A stretch of DNA of 64,000 nt from Eledone cirrhosa (GCA_964016885.1 OZ024748.1:7626001-7690000); one strand, 5' to 3'; shown: positions 37,901 to 51,762, numbered from the stretch's first letter. Notes: generated by a model not told the origin, from the sequence alone. Numbers and translations are program-made.

Positions 37901-40797
37901 GACTCGTGCACTGTTCATTTTACTGATGTTTGTGCATTGCCCTATGTACACTACATGCACTTTTTTGATGAGTTGTGGTGCACCTGGGCACTGTACACAA
38001 TATTTCATTATTGTTATTATTATTATATCATGACTCGTACACTGTTCATTTTCCTGACATTTGTACATTGTTCTATGTACTATGCATGCACCTTTGGTGG
38101 ATTGTGGTGCACCTGAGCACTGTACACAATGATTTCATTATTATTATTATATATAGAAATAGCTCCTACAGGACTAGAAATGTTTCATACAAAAGAAATC
38201 CTCATGTATATATATATATAGTTTAGGGATTAAACGTCAAGTTACTGTTGGTTCACCAAAGTGAGCAATCGATGCGTAGGTTCCAGTATGTACTTTGTGG
38301 TTGTACTAAATAGAGTATAATAATTGTTTTTACTTTTGGCACAAGGCCAGCAATTACCCAGTGTATTACTGCTACTTTATTTTATCGACCCCGTAAGGAT
38401 GAAAGGCAAAGTTAACCTCGGTGGGATTTGAACTCAGAATGGAAAGGGCTGTAACTCTAGGCGTCAAAGCATGGCGTCCGACCCTCTACCGATACTGCCA
38501 ATCCACCATAATAATAATAATAAGTATGTTAGTAAGCGAACAGAAGTCTGATGAGTTTTTGATTCCAGAGTCCGATTGATAAAGATCAAACCATGAGCTG
38601 ATCAATTGCGAAACACGCATCATACCTGAATAAACTTAATGATAATTTAACACCTTGTTCATACTTATGTTAAGGGTTTGGAAGATATAGAAACATATTA
38701 CCTTGGATGGACCATCTCGCATTTTTTTCATTTGATCTTTGTATTTCTTGAGCTCCATATCCAATCTATTGATCTTTTTATCCATCGACTCCCCCCTCGA
38801 GTCGATCTGTTAGAAGGAAAAAAACAATTAAAATATGTAAAATAACAATAAACCCTTTTAAGATATATTTTTTAATGAATCTTCATAAAATGATTAACAA
38901 GAACAATATTCAATAAAGTACTCAATACATTTTAAAACATAGAGTATAATAGACCACATGTAAAAGGGACACACCTGTAATAGAATAGTGAAGAAAAGGA
39001 AAGATAAATGTGAAGACACAAAGGAACCAAACTCCCACTGTCACTGCCTCCGTCTCTCTCTCCATCTCTCACTATTATAAGCAAATGGGGAACCACACAC
39101 TGGTGGGCCCCGGCAGACAGAATAGAGAAGGGGTTTCTCCAGAGGATGGTGACGAAGAGCCATTCCAGCTGGCGAGGCTCACACCTGTGGGTAACCAACT
39201 CTGTGCCAATGGTGGTGAGTAGGGAGGTGGTCCTAGGGCCAAGGACACCAGAAGTCTCTTCTAATTTTGGTCAGCTTTAAAATTTGATTTCTATGAATAT
39301 GACTAAAGGTCTTTGGAGTAACGTTACTCAATAAAGTGCGTAAGATGAGAGATCACACCTCTGATACTATGGGCATGTGGTTAGAATGTCTCACGAAAGA
39401 ATTGCTGGACAAAACCAACTGGCAGGAGACCCAGGGGTAAATCCTGAGCAAGATGGTTGGATAACATTCATGAGCCTTGCTGGTCATGATTGGGGATCCA
39501 GCTGGATCAGTTGGAGATGGTTGCTTCTGACAGGACCCGCTGGAAGGAGTGTTTGAGGACTGCCTCCACGACCTTTCAGGAATAAGTGGGCGAAGAAGTG
39601 TTATGTACAGTGAAAAAAAAAACACAAGAAAAAAGGGTATGGGAGATACCCCTCTAACAATGTTTGAGTGACGCCAAACAACCACACAGGAAGTGCCACG
39701 AGTGATAGCGAGGCTACGGCATTTGAAATAGTCAAGCACCAACTGCCAGGAGAGCATCACTTGATATGATATGAAAGCATGACAAAAGAATGTCACCTGA
39801 CAATATTTGTAAACATGACGAAATAAAAAATATTTGAAAGATGACTGTGAGTATTTTATGCCGTAAACGATCAATTCTAAGGACAATTTACAACTAAACA
39901 ATGTTTTGAAAACTAATTATTCTTTTCTTTCAGGAACAAATAAATATATAACCAAAGTTACAATATTTATACTTTACAATTGTTTCATATATATATTTGT
40001 GTGTATGTGAGTCCCGGGTTCAATCAGGGGTAAACACAGTAAGGTACTCAATACATTAGTAGAGTGTAATCATAATGTTTAGTATAGAAATGGCTTCTAC
40101 AAGACTAGAACTGTTTTATTCAAAAGCCATTTCTATATTAAACAATATATATATAAAATATTTGGAGAGTAAGAGAGATAATAGAAGAATTGGAATTTAT
40201 AATTGATTAAGTAAAATTTCCGATTGAGTTATAAAAACGTAATAAAACTGTGTCTTCTTTCTTTTGTAAACTAAATACTTTTACTCACACTTGTTTAAAT
40301 AACATTACAAATACGTAAATAACAAATTACTTCTCTAATTAATACTGAAACACAAGACAGTTGTAGTGGTCAATGTTTAAATAATTACCGATCTATTCTA
40401 AGAAACTTTTACAAAGAAAATAACTCATTTTTTTTTTACTGTGGGAGAATATATACAAAGTGTCAGCCCAAAATGTAAATACACTTTGATTACCTGTACA
40501 GGCAATATTTATGAGAATGTTGAAGTGTATACATTTTGGGGTGACACCCTGTATATATTGTTATATTTAGGGATGGTCATGTTGTCCTAATATTGCCAAA
40601 AATAATAATGAAACACACTGGTTTGGTTTTCACGTTAGTTTCACTATATCTTTATATATATATACACACAGAGGGTGTCCCTAAAAAATCTATACACACT
40701 TCAACAGTATTCTAATAAATATTGCCTTTACATGTAATCAAAGATAATACATTTTGGGGCGGACACCCTGTATATATATATATACATATATATATTA

Positions 40798-40833
<36 letters not shown>

Positions 40834-41139
40834 TGGCAATATTCGGACCACATGACCCTCCCCAAATATAACAATATATGTTTCAAGACAAGATTTCATA
40901 TAAAAAAAAAACCTTACAAATCAAACCAAATACATCGCCACCACAAAATAAACATAAATAATGTACATTTCTTCATAATAGATTAGAAGACATTTACTGA
41001 ATTCCAGCGAAGATTAAGGTTATAGCTTTAATATAGATGAATAAATGCAATGAAATTGATAGTAACATACATTACTAATGCAGTCATTTAGATTTGCTGG
41101 AGGTTCTTTGGGTTTCGTCCTTCCAAATAAACGATTCAT
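34902..41139 (-). CDS. CHMP5: Charged multivesicular body protein 5 (ESCRT-III, Vps60), 7 coding exons, 220 aa
   Basis: Exons (minus): 41139-41071, 38806-38702, 37650-37604, 36999-36906, 36513-36442, 35862-35641, 34955-34902; total 663 nt. Translation [14 protein letters not shown]...[15 protein letters not shown]...[17 protein letters not shown]...[23 protein letters not shown]...VDEFGLPQI is typical CHMP5. Confidence 0.97.
35305..35572 (-). mobile_element. Expander/Rex3-like RTE LINE 3' fragment; copies at 7865-8074(+), 21720-21791(-), 39350-39598(+), 50755-51022(-)
   Basis: Encodes [49 protein letters not shown] across frameshifts; (GAA)n tail. Confidence 0.75.
37830..38140 (+). mobile_element. 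LINE-like 3' end repeat; inverse copy at 25685-25860
   Basis: Shared ...GTGCACCTGAGCACTGTACACAAT(ATT)n end, duplicated in tandem here. Confidence 0.5.
38541..38628 (+). ncRNA. Hammerhead ribozyme-like motif (family C), antisense in CHMP5 intron 2
   Basis: CAGAAGT-CTGATGA-G...C-GAAAC-ACGC-ATC-ATACCTG. Core intact; stems I and III imperfect. Confidence 0.55.
39020..39240. repeat. Unclassified interspersed repeat, inverse copy at 57890-58060
   Basis: CTGTCACTGCCTC...CATCTCTCACTATT..AGCAAATGGG is shared in opposite orientation. Confidence 0.55.
40456..40551. mobile_element. Tc1/mariner-type MITE (~100 bp, TA TSD); copies at 40669-40770 and 62056-62152
   Basis: TIR CAGGGTGTC(A/C)CCCAAAA, flanking TA, and shared internal ATAAATATTGCC. 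Confidence 0.65.
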
Positions 41140-41187
41140 TGTGAAAAGTTAAGTTGACAGTTCTTCTAACACAAACACACAAAACAC

Positions 41188-41210
41188 GATGGCGACCAGG
41201 AAGTGACATC
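41188..41210. promoter_or_regulatory. CHMP5 proximal promoter motifs (YY1-like GATGGCG; ETS-like CAGGAAGTG)
   Basis: gatggcgaccaggaagtgacatc lies about 50-70 nt upstream of the CHMP5 ATG. Confidence 0.45.
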
Positions 41211-41256
41211 ATAGATATACAACTAGATCAGCACACACTAGAATGTATTACCATGT

Positions 41257-41421
41257 CGCCATATTGGAACAGTCAGTCGCAGTTGCCATATTACTACAGT
41301 CAGACGTTATACGTTGCCATATTACAGCAGTCAGCTACCATACGTTACCATATTACAGCAGTCAGTCACCATACGTTACCATATTACTACAGTCAGTCAC
41401 CATACGTTACCATATTACTAC
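41257..41421. repeat. ~31-bp minisatellite just upstream of CHMP5
   Basis: GTTACCATATTACAGCAGTCAGTCACCATAC, about 5 copies. Confidence 0.85.
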
Positions 41422-42530
41422 GGGGGGAAAAAAAAGTGTAAATATTTATATCTTAAACAGGAGGCCCGAGGGTTGCAAACAACTCTTCTATGACTAACGA
41501 CAGAAACATTTTTGTGACTAATACTTTCTTAAGACTTAGAAATTCGTCTCTTTGAAATTTATTGCTATTTTCCCACGAAACACACCCTCATCTCGCTTTT
41601 GAACCACTGTATATCATCCCCAGGACGTAATGGCCTTGTTCAGTCCTGTAGTTTGCGACCCCTGGTGTAAATTTTAGGACAAGATTTAGTAAATATGTCA
41701 TAGAAAATAAAACAATTTACTAAAGTACAATAACAACGTAAATGTCGAACATTTAATGATTGAGAAACGAAATGATTGTTGAATAATATAAATACTAGAG
41801 TAGAGCTGTTTTTTACTTTTACATTCTTAGCTCTTTTAAACTGGATAAAAACAACAACATTTAAAAGGTGGTGAATTGATGGTCGTTTTATTTGACCTTA
41901 TATATTTGTTAAGTATTTTATATATATTATGTGTCTTATAAAATAGAAGAGAAGCAACTCGAAATAAATTATCTCCCTTACATTCGAAAATATGATAATT
42001 ATTTCGAATTATATTTCGTTAAAAGAAATTGTTGATTTTTAAAACTGAATTTTAAAAATTATGGTAGTGCTTCAGCATGGTCGTAGTCTAATGCCTGAAA
42101 TCAGTAAAAATATATATCTATAGACGTTTAAAAAAAAAAATGATTATAAGAGGGAAGCAACTCTAAATTAATTATCTCCCTTACAACAAGAAAATGACTA
42201 CGAAAATAGTTATAACATTCTATATAACTACGGGGATGTGTTTTTTACACAGGTTATTAATTTAACGTAGCAAGTGTGAGGCACAGGGACAAAAGGAATT
42301 ATAAGATTTCTGTGTCAGAAATAAAGGGACTCTCTTCTGTTACGGAGAAGCATGGGTTTTGTACTTTTAAAGTTCTCTTCTGAAGAGGCAAGGTGTTTTT
42401 TTGTATAAGACTAGTAGTCGCCCATGTATACCAGTCTCTCTGCTCCTTGTTATCATCATCATCAGAGTGTTGAGAAGGAGACAAATTTTGGTGTGATGAA
42501 GAAGTTGAATGAAAACAAAAGATGGGGAAG

Positions 42531-43470
42531 TCTCTTTCTCTCTCTCCCTCTTTTTTCTTTTCTTTCCCCCCTCTCTCTATCTGTATCCCCCATTCATTTT
42601 CTGTCTCTCTTTCTCCCTCTCTCCCATTCTCTTTCATTCTCTCTTTCTTCCTCTCTCTCTCATTCCTTTTTCTTTCTCTCTTTCTCACTCCCTTCTCTTT
42701 CTATCTATCTCTCCTGTACCTACCCTAACCTTTTCTTTCTTTTTATCTCTCCCTCTCATTCCCTAAGCTTCTCTTTCCTTTTTGCCCCCCCCCCCCGTCT
42801 CTATTTCTCTCTATCTCTCTCTCATTCCCCTTTCTCTCTATATATTTCTTTCTCTTCTTCCCTAACTTTCTTCCTCTCTATCTCTCCTTCTTACACTCTA
42901 ACCTCCCTCTTTCTTTTTTTCCCTGTCTCTCCCTCCCATTCCATAACCTTCTCTCTCTCCCTCTCCTTCCTTAATCTCTCTCTCTACCTCCCACATTCCT
43001 TCGTCTTCCCCCTCCCCGCTACCCCAACATTCCCTTGTCTATCTCTCTCTCCCTCTCTGTACTCTCCTCATTCCCTTGTCTGTCTTTTCTCTCTATCCCC
43101 CTCTCTCTACTCCTCTTATTCCCCTCTCTCTCTACCCCCTCACTCCCTTGTCTCTCCCCCTCTCTATCTCTTCCCTGTCTCTATCTCTCTCTCTACCTCT
43201 CTCATTCCCTTATCTATCTATCTCTCTGCTCCCCCCACTCCCATGTCTCTCCCTCTCTCTACTCCCCTCATTCCCTTGTCTGTCTTTTCTCTCTATCCCC
43301 CCTCTCTATCTCTCCCTCTATCTCTCTCTACCCCCATCACTCCCATGTCTGTCTACACCTCTCTCTGTTTCTCCCCTGTCTCTCCCTCTCCACCCCCTCA
43401 CATGCCTCTCCCTATCTACCCCACACTCCCATGTCTCTCCCTCTCCCTATCTCTCCCATTTGTCCCCCTA
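42531..43470. repeat. CT-rich low-complexity tract
   Basis: Polypyrimidine tract of about 940 bp with internal duplications. Confidence 0.9.
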
Positions 43471-43806
43471 ATCATACCAGTCATGTCCTCCATTAGACCC
43501 TCTAACTGTGGGAAATATTCACAATATCTACCATGACACTCTTATCTTTCATTTCAAGTGTTAAACTAATACTTTATCATCATAATGGCTTTCTCTGTCT
43601 TTTCTCTCCTGTTTCTTGGTTGGGGACTTTTTCTTTTATCTGCTTTTCACTTGGTGTAATATATATATACACCCACCCACACACACACACATATATATAT
43701 ATATATAGATATATGTGCACATATATATATCTATACACACATATATATATATACACATATATATATATACACATATATATGTATACACACACATATATAT
43801 AAATAT

Positions 43807-43856
<50 letters not shown>

Positions 43857-43965
43857 ATGTATATTTAGAAATATATATATGTAAAATCCTGACCGCGGCG
43901 CCAAGTGGTTTCAGCCTGTGTGGTCTCTTCGGTCTCAGCACTGCAGACCCTATCTCATCATATAC

Positions 43966-44027
<62 letters not shown>

Positions 44028-44104
44028 ATGTTTAATGGTAGCTATGATGCTTCCATAGGTGGTATGCCAGTTGAGCACTCTATGTTCTTACAGAGCAGAG
44101 TGTG

Positions 44105-44497
44105 ATATAATATAAAACGAAAAATCAGTGATGCATCTGGACTCAGTTTATTGTGTGTTACAATTGTTTCGCCGGCAGATAGCTCGAGACAGGGTCATTG
44201 TATGGATCTGTCTGATTCTAGATCTGCAGATTCTTCGGACACATGCAATACTTTCGGAGCAAACTTTGCTCCAAAAGTATTGCATGTGTCCGAAGAATCT
44301 GCAGATCTAGAATCAGACATGCAATACTTTTGGAGCAATTTGCTCCAAAAGTATTGCATGTGTCCAAAGAATCTGCAGATCTAGAATCAGACAGATCCAT
44401 ACAATGACCCTGTCTCGAGCTATCTGCCGGCGAAACAATTGTAACACACAATAAACTGAGTCCAGATGCATCACTGATTTTTCGTTTTATATTATAT
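44105..44497. repeat. 393-bp nested palindrome
   Basis: 159-bp arms 44105-44263 / 44339-44497. The spacer consists of an inverted copy (44265-44319) and a direct copy (44320-44338) of the arm ends. Confidence 0.93.
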
Positions 44498-46085
44498 ATA
44501 TATATAAGTATGCGAATTTTGTATATCTAGCGATATTTGGTATGTTTACAAAGAAACATTTTGAAGGCTTTCAGCTATGAATTTGGAAACTGATGACATA
44601 GCGCCATCTAGCAGATTCCAGCAGAAGGTAAGGGTGGGTAACTGATGACAAGACAATATCGTTTCTGACTCTGGTTATTATCAAGTCAGTGCTCCCTTTC
44701 CCTGCTCTCAGATGGAACTCTATATAGGCGAAAACATATAGTTTTGACACCTATGTAGATGGGCTGATAAGCCTCATTTGTATATAGAGCTATCAGCTGG
44801 CTCAGCTAGAAAATAGAACTAAGCAGTGTTATTCATTAGAAATATAGTAACAAAAGGGTTAGATTTATTTAGTTCAATTTCTCAGACCAAGTAATAGAAT
44901 TTTTTTTTTTTTTTCAGTTAACCAAATTTTATTTCAAAAGACTCTAATATATTTCTAGGATAAAATTATATAAAAATAATAAAGAATTTAATATTTAGTC
45001 AAACATAGAAAAAGAAAGTAGTATTAGAAAGGACTGTAAATGCTAGAAATGAGGAAAAGAAGGGAAAGAGCAAGGATTATTAGGCAACAAAAGGGTGGTG
45101 GATTGGCAGTATTGGTAGAGCATCGCACACCTTGCTTCGTGACATTGTTACGGCCCTTTACATTCTCAGTTCAAATCTCACTGAGGTTAGCTTTGTCTTT
45201 CATTCTTACGGGGTCGATAAAATAAAGTACCAGTCATGCACTCTCTCCCAAAATTACTAGCCTTGTGCCTATAGTAGAAATCATTATTATTATTATGTAT
45301 TTTAATATTTAATATATCTCTCTTTTTGTATAAATAAGTTTTACTCAAAATATATTTGAACATTTCTGTAAATTAAAAATTATAAATCATATTTCCATCT
45401 TTTAGGTTTTGAATATTCTTTTTAAAAAACATAAATAGAATAAAACTTTCTAAATATTCTATTTAAAAAAAAAAAAATCAACATTTTTATTTCCTTCTAA
45501 ATAAAAATTTCATTTTGTCCATTGGCGTTGTAATTTCCGTTTCAAAAGGAAAATTATGAAGAAAGAAATCCTACATAAAAATGTCTTTTTATTACTGCTG
45601 AAATTTCCAATGTAGAAATTCAGCCAATCCACTTACTGAAGAACACTTCATACTGAAAAGAATCTGAAGAAATTCTTTCACTATGTAATGATACCACCAT
45701 TGTTGAATAAGGCTTCATTTCAACAATACACTGAGTTACTCAGCTGAGAATGCACAGCTGAATATTGTAAAGACTAGAAAAATATCATAAACTGAAGTCT
45801 CATAATGGTATCCAGCCAACTTGAGAGAGTTTAATGTTGTTGTTGCATATCTAATTATTACTAAACATCATTGTTTAATACATACAGTCCCTTGAGAAGA
45901 GTTAACCAAGCTGAAAAAGATTGTTATACAAAATATAATCTTAAGACAAATCTTTTGTTGAGCTGAAGTGGGTCTCTTCTTCATTGTTTGTCACATTTCT
46001 TCACAGAAATAATGGCACTCTTCTACATAATTTACTTAACATGACTGCGATATTTCATAGTAGTGCTGCACCTTCCACACTCATT

Positions 46086-46663
46086 ATACTCCTACTACTA
46101 CTTCTTCTTCTTCTTTTTCTTCTTCTTCTTCTTCCTCAACCTCTCAAGCAGCACTACCACTAGCAACAGTAGCAGCAGCAGCAGCAATAACAGCAGGCAG
46201 CAACAGTAGCAATAGCAACCTCTACCAATAGCAGCAGAAGCAGCAGTATGACAACAGCATCAGCATCAGCACCACCACCACCACCAACAACAGCAGCAGC
46301 AGAACAATAGCAGCAGAAGCACCATAGCAGTAGCACCACCACCACCACCATCATCATCACCACTCCACCACCACCACACCACCACCTCCACCACCATCAC
46401 CATCACCACTCCACCACCACCACTCCACCACCACCACTCCACCACCATCACCACCCCACCACCACCACCGCCACCAACACAGCAGCAGCAGCACCAGCAC
46501 CACCACTCTTTTAAACATTTGGTATTGGATGGTGATGATGATGGTGGTGGTGGTGGTGGTAAAGATGATGGTGATAATAGTGATGATGAAGGTAATGATG
46601 AGGGTGGTGGTGGTGAGGATAATGATGATGAGGTTAATAGTGATAATGATGGTGGTGGTGATG
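46086..46663. repeat. Mosaic trinucleotide repeats (CTA/CTT/CAG/CAC then GAT/GGT)
   Basis: Visible directly in the sequence. Confidence 0.9.
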
Positions 46664-49600
46664 AAATCTCTGAATCTTTTCATTTACCATCTTTTCATCA
46701 GATTCTCGTTGACAATCACGAAACAAAACAAAAAACAATGTGTTTTAACACCATCTGTCATCCTAGCATGTGACACCTTCTCTGATGCTGGTGCCATGAT
46801 AAAACACATCCAGTCCACTGTATAAAGTAGTAGAACTGGTACCATGATAAAACTGGGTATGTTTTATCATGGTACCAGCTTTACTACTTTATAAAGTGGA
46901 CTGGGTATGTTTTATCATGGCACCGGCTCTATTACTTTATAAAGTATACCAATATTGTGGCGCTAGCAAATTTAAAGAACCAGCTTTAAATATATATTAT
47001 ATTAGTAAGTACTAGTGAGCCGAGCTCCCAATTTTGACACTGATTCACAAATATTTTCAAAGTTATTGAAGATGCTTCAAGAATAGAGTCTTTTGTAGGT
47101 AATAATGGTGGGTTTTTTTCAAATATATTCTTTGTTTTTGCAGTGAGAATGTGTACATGAAAGGATTGAGGTGTATCATATAATTATTAATATTAGAACA
47201 TTACCTTTTTGAATCTCTCAAGGTCCTTAATCAGGTGGGATCTGGCGATATTTCCACTGACCAGGATTTGAAGCTGTATTTCTTAGTAGTCGACTTTTCA
47301 AAGAAATAGGTTGTGAAGTGCATCAGTTTAATCATAGTTTCCATATTTTCCATAAGATGCGTTGGATAAAGTTTCTTTGATGCTATCTGGATGTTTCTCA
47401 ACAAGTACTGAAGCAGCTGCCTCTCCACATTAAACAGTTTGTCCTTCATCTATAGATAATTGATTCTGTCAAGAGAAGTCATACAAGTGCCAGTTCAAAT
47501 GAATGGTAAAACTAATCAACACATAATGAAGATGTTAAATATATTTGTAAAAAAAAAAACAGTTTCACTCATTCCTGCATTACCATAAGTTTTGTGGATG
47601 TAAACTTATACGTCTAACTTCTCAGATATATTAGTAAAAAAGTGGTGGAGAGGAACAATTTAGTTGTCTTGTGGGAATCATTTCCGACTTCCATTGGTTG
47701 GGTCAGGTCACACATACACACAGGCATATATACACACACACACACACGCACATATATAGTAGTGAAAAATCAGAAGGTTTACATCCAAAGCTGGTAGAGC
47801 ACCCAGTCCAAAGGATGAGTTTGGTATAGAGTTGGTTCCTCCACAATTACTAATATATATGTATATATATATATATTAAATCTAACTGTGGGTTATGTCA
47901 GCTGATATTGTCTAAATCTATCTAATATCTACACAAGACTTAACTCCATTGTAGAGTTCTTGAAATATTGTATTTGCTATTGTTAGTTTCCCATTAAAAG
48001 TCAGTAATTAGGGGAAGAAGGATCTATATTGAATGTTATGTAAATTTAATCTTGATCGTTTGAAAATCAAATATTTTATATGAAAATGATGGCCATGATA
48101 ATCATAATGATGGTGGTGATGATGATCACTTCAAAATTGATTTTTCTTGCATTATTCATAGAATAAACGCAATAGGTAAAATAAAGTAAAGTTATACACA
48201 AATATATTACGTATTCACATTATTTATTGTGATAGATAGCTAAAGCCATATATTTGTTGTGAGAGGTTTTACAAAAATATAAACTTTATCATGGCTTTTC
48301 ACTTCATATCTTGTAAATTGGCATCACAAAAATTAAGAGAGAAAATACGAAAAGAAAAAAAAAAAGAAAATATGATATAAAATATTAGAGTTTCTAGCAA
48401 AGAAAGAAACCAAAACTATAAATAATTTTATAAATTTCCATTAAAAACAAACATAAATTCTGATAACGGTTGACTAAAGTAAAATATAAAACTGTGTTGA
48501 ACACTTTTGTCATATTTTGTTTAAAGATATGGAAGAAAACTTATAATACCCAAACCACATTTAATGAGATAGCATTAACTTTTGTAACAGACAGAAATTA
48601 GATAACAAATGCCATCTCCAGTTCATTTTGTCAGAAGGAAAAAAAACCCAAGTAAAACAAATCCTTCTTTTGTTTTTTGTTTGACATATCTAAAAGTTTC
48701 AATTAAGAGATTATATGTATATATGTAGGTATAAAATTCTTTTACAGCAAATAAACAGGCTTCATTGATTTACACCAGAAATACAACAGTAATTTGCTAA
48801 ACAAATTAGAAAACGTTTCAAATGTGAATAAACATAATGGTATTATATTGATACTTTGTTCCTGCTAATTATTATTAATATTATATTATATATAAATTGG
48901 TTACATGATAAAAAGAACCCATTCCAAACAGTAAGGTGGTCGTGCTGGTGGCAGAACAAAAAGCACTCAGTCCACCCAATAAGGTGGTCATGCTTGTAAC
49001 AATGAAAAAGCACTCAGTCCATCCTGTCAAGATGGATATATAAAGGGTCACAAATGACCATGGGATTTGCACCTAGAAAGATTCCCTCTGTGGCACAAGT
49101 CCAGGCAAGGTGTGTTTGTGAAAGACCAGCAGTTGCCCATGTCTTACCTCTTCACGCCACCGATGTTGTCCAAGGGAAAGATAAAAGCTGATACAACTTG
49201 GCACCAGTGACATCACAACTCATTTCTACAGCTGAGTAAACTGGGGCAATGTGATATAAAGTGTCTTGCTCAAGAACACAACACAGTCTGGTTTAGGACT
49301 CAAACTCACAACCTCATGATTGTAAGCCCAATGAAAGCCATTAATTTTTTAGGTCAATCATATATTAAAATTATTCAGGAGGATAATTATATGAGAAAAT
49401 AGCTGCTGATGTCGAAATATATCAAATTTAATGACATTTTTTGTCTCTTTTTATTGATTTTTGGTTGGAATTTAGGCGGGAATTTCTTGGAATCATATCT
49501 TTTGTTTATTTTATATTTTCCCTAAAAGCAGTCATTTTAGTATTGAAAGCAATACTTATCAGAGTTGATTATGTCTAAACAATGTCTGTAATTAAATGAT

Positions 49601-50261
49601 ATGCACATAAGGTAATAATATGTAAAAAAAAAATAATAATAAAAAAAAAATTAAAAGAAATAAAGAAAAAAAAGAGAAAAAATTTCTTTTAAACAAACAA
49701 ATATATAAAACCTTGGGTACATTTATCATAATGACTTCCAAAACAGACAACTAATTAAAAAATAACATGCCATTAGCTTGATTAGTTAAAATTATTTTTT
49801 GCTCTCACTGAGTTGTCCTGTAGGTTTATTTCTGTAGAGGAGATTGTAAATTATAAAGGATTGTCCCATATTTCAAATTCTTGTCCATAATTATCACCAA
49901 TCTGTCATAGTTTCTAGTACATAAAAGAAAAAAGCCTACACAAACCAGTAAACAATCAAATTGTCAATTGTCACATACTTTTCTCTGGATGTTATATAGA
50001 ATTTCATTATTTATATTATATATATTATTATGAGGCTAGAATGTTTGTTGTTCAAAAGATCATTTTATATTTTATGTTACACAAATAGTTGATATTGTTT
50101 ACTATAAATTGACTTTATTCAAAACTTTTCAACTTGTTTTTCAATGTATTCTGTTTATTTATGTATGACAGACAGTCCTATGCGAGCAAGACAACCACTC
50201 TTGCCTCAAGTGGGAAAACTCCCGTCCAAACCCATGCAAGCGTGGAACATGGACGTTAAAC

Positions 50262-50292
<31 letters not shown>

Positions 50293-51762
50293 TATATATG
50301 TATGGTCCCATAACTCTTCATAAAGTTGTAGCGGTGCCGTATGTCGATACAGCATTTCTTGGGAATTTGAAGCCCAGTGGAGTCCATCCCCCTCCAGTTC
50401 TGAATACAGCAGATTTCTTCCAGAGAAAGATTGAAAGTGAGAGAGAGGAAATGAGAAAGAGATATAGAGGAAGAATTGACCCCAGTACTAGACTGGTACT
50501 TTATTTTATTGACCTCGAAAGAATGAAAGGCAAAGTTGACCTTGGTAGGATTTGAACTCTGAGAGCAGAGAGCTGGAACGAATACTACAAGGTATTCTAT
50601 CCCACGTTCTAACAACTCTACCATTCTATTTGACGTTCTAACAACTCTACTATTCTATCCAATGTTCTAACAACTCTGCCTCCTATTTATTTATACTGCA
50701 TTCAAATAAATAAAATTTAGGGGGAAAAAAATACGGAAAAAAGTGGAAGAAGACACTTCTTTTTCTTCACCTACTTATTCCTAAGAGGGTCATGGGGGAA
50801 GAGTCCTCAAAAACTCCCTCCAGTGAGTCCTGTCAGAAGCAACCATCTCCAACTGATTTGGCTGGATCCCCAAGTGTGACCAGCCAAGCTCATGGATGTT
50901 ATCTTGCTCGGGGTCTACCCCTGGGTCTCCTGCCAGTTGGTTTTGCCTGTAAAATCTGACCATCAATTCTTTCCTGAGATATTCTAACCATATGCCCATA
51001 GTATCAGAGCTGTGATCTGTCAACTAGGAGAAGACACACACACTTAATTATACACCGCAACAAGAGGTGCTGAAGCTTTACTCTAATGATTTTTGAGACA
51101 AGTTAATACACTTGTAGCATTGCTGTGGGTGATAGCAAGGCTAAGATGTTGGAATAGCCAAGTACTCTCATTGACATTAACCTGATACGTTGGTAAGGCG
51201 AGCCACCAACATTAACAAGAACCTCATTATCAGCAGTTTAGTTCCCACAAACATCCTGAATGCCAATAAGCTGATAAAAAAAAAAAAAAATGTTTGCGGA
51301 TATATCATGGTATTTCTGTTTGTATACTTTGTGTAAATTATAAGGTTGACAATATGAGTAAAACTATAAGTAGACAAATATATTGTTACATTTAGGGAGG
51401 GTCATGTAGTCCTAATATTGCCAAAAATAGTAAAACACACTCACTGTTTGCTTTCGTTTTCCCTTCAGTTTCAGTATAGTTTTTTTATATTTCTATAAAT
51501 AATTTAGCTGGCAATCAATGGTTTTAAAACAAATACTTAGACAAATATAATTCCATAGTAGAAGAAGGAGAAGAAGAAGGGCTACATTAATGGCATTGGG
51601 GAGAGTGGAGACTGATATGCATGGGTGACTGCTGATCCTCCTCAGGCAAGAACGTTTTAGGTGCCAGTTCTATGGTCATTCATGATCAAAGAAGGTCTTT
51701 ACCATTTTTTTTTACAAGAAACAAAGATTGTTTTTTTTTCTTTCATTCAACTAGTTCTTTAA

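Noticed and set aside
42299-42530. Plausible-looking minus-strand peptide (...SDDDDNKEQRDWYTW...)
   Set aside because: No credible splice acceptor or start, and no family I recognise.
42424-43536. 370 aa S/L/P-rich ORF
   Set aside because: CT low-complexity tract that lacks stop codons by composition.
44590-44670. Two ACTGATGACA motifs as C/D snoRNA or hammerhead
   Set aside because: No properly spaced D box with terminal stem, and no stem II/GAAA.
46160-46825. Poly-amino-acid ORFs on both strands
   Set aside because: Trinucleotide microsatellite mosaic with no exon context.
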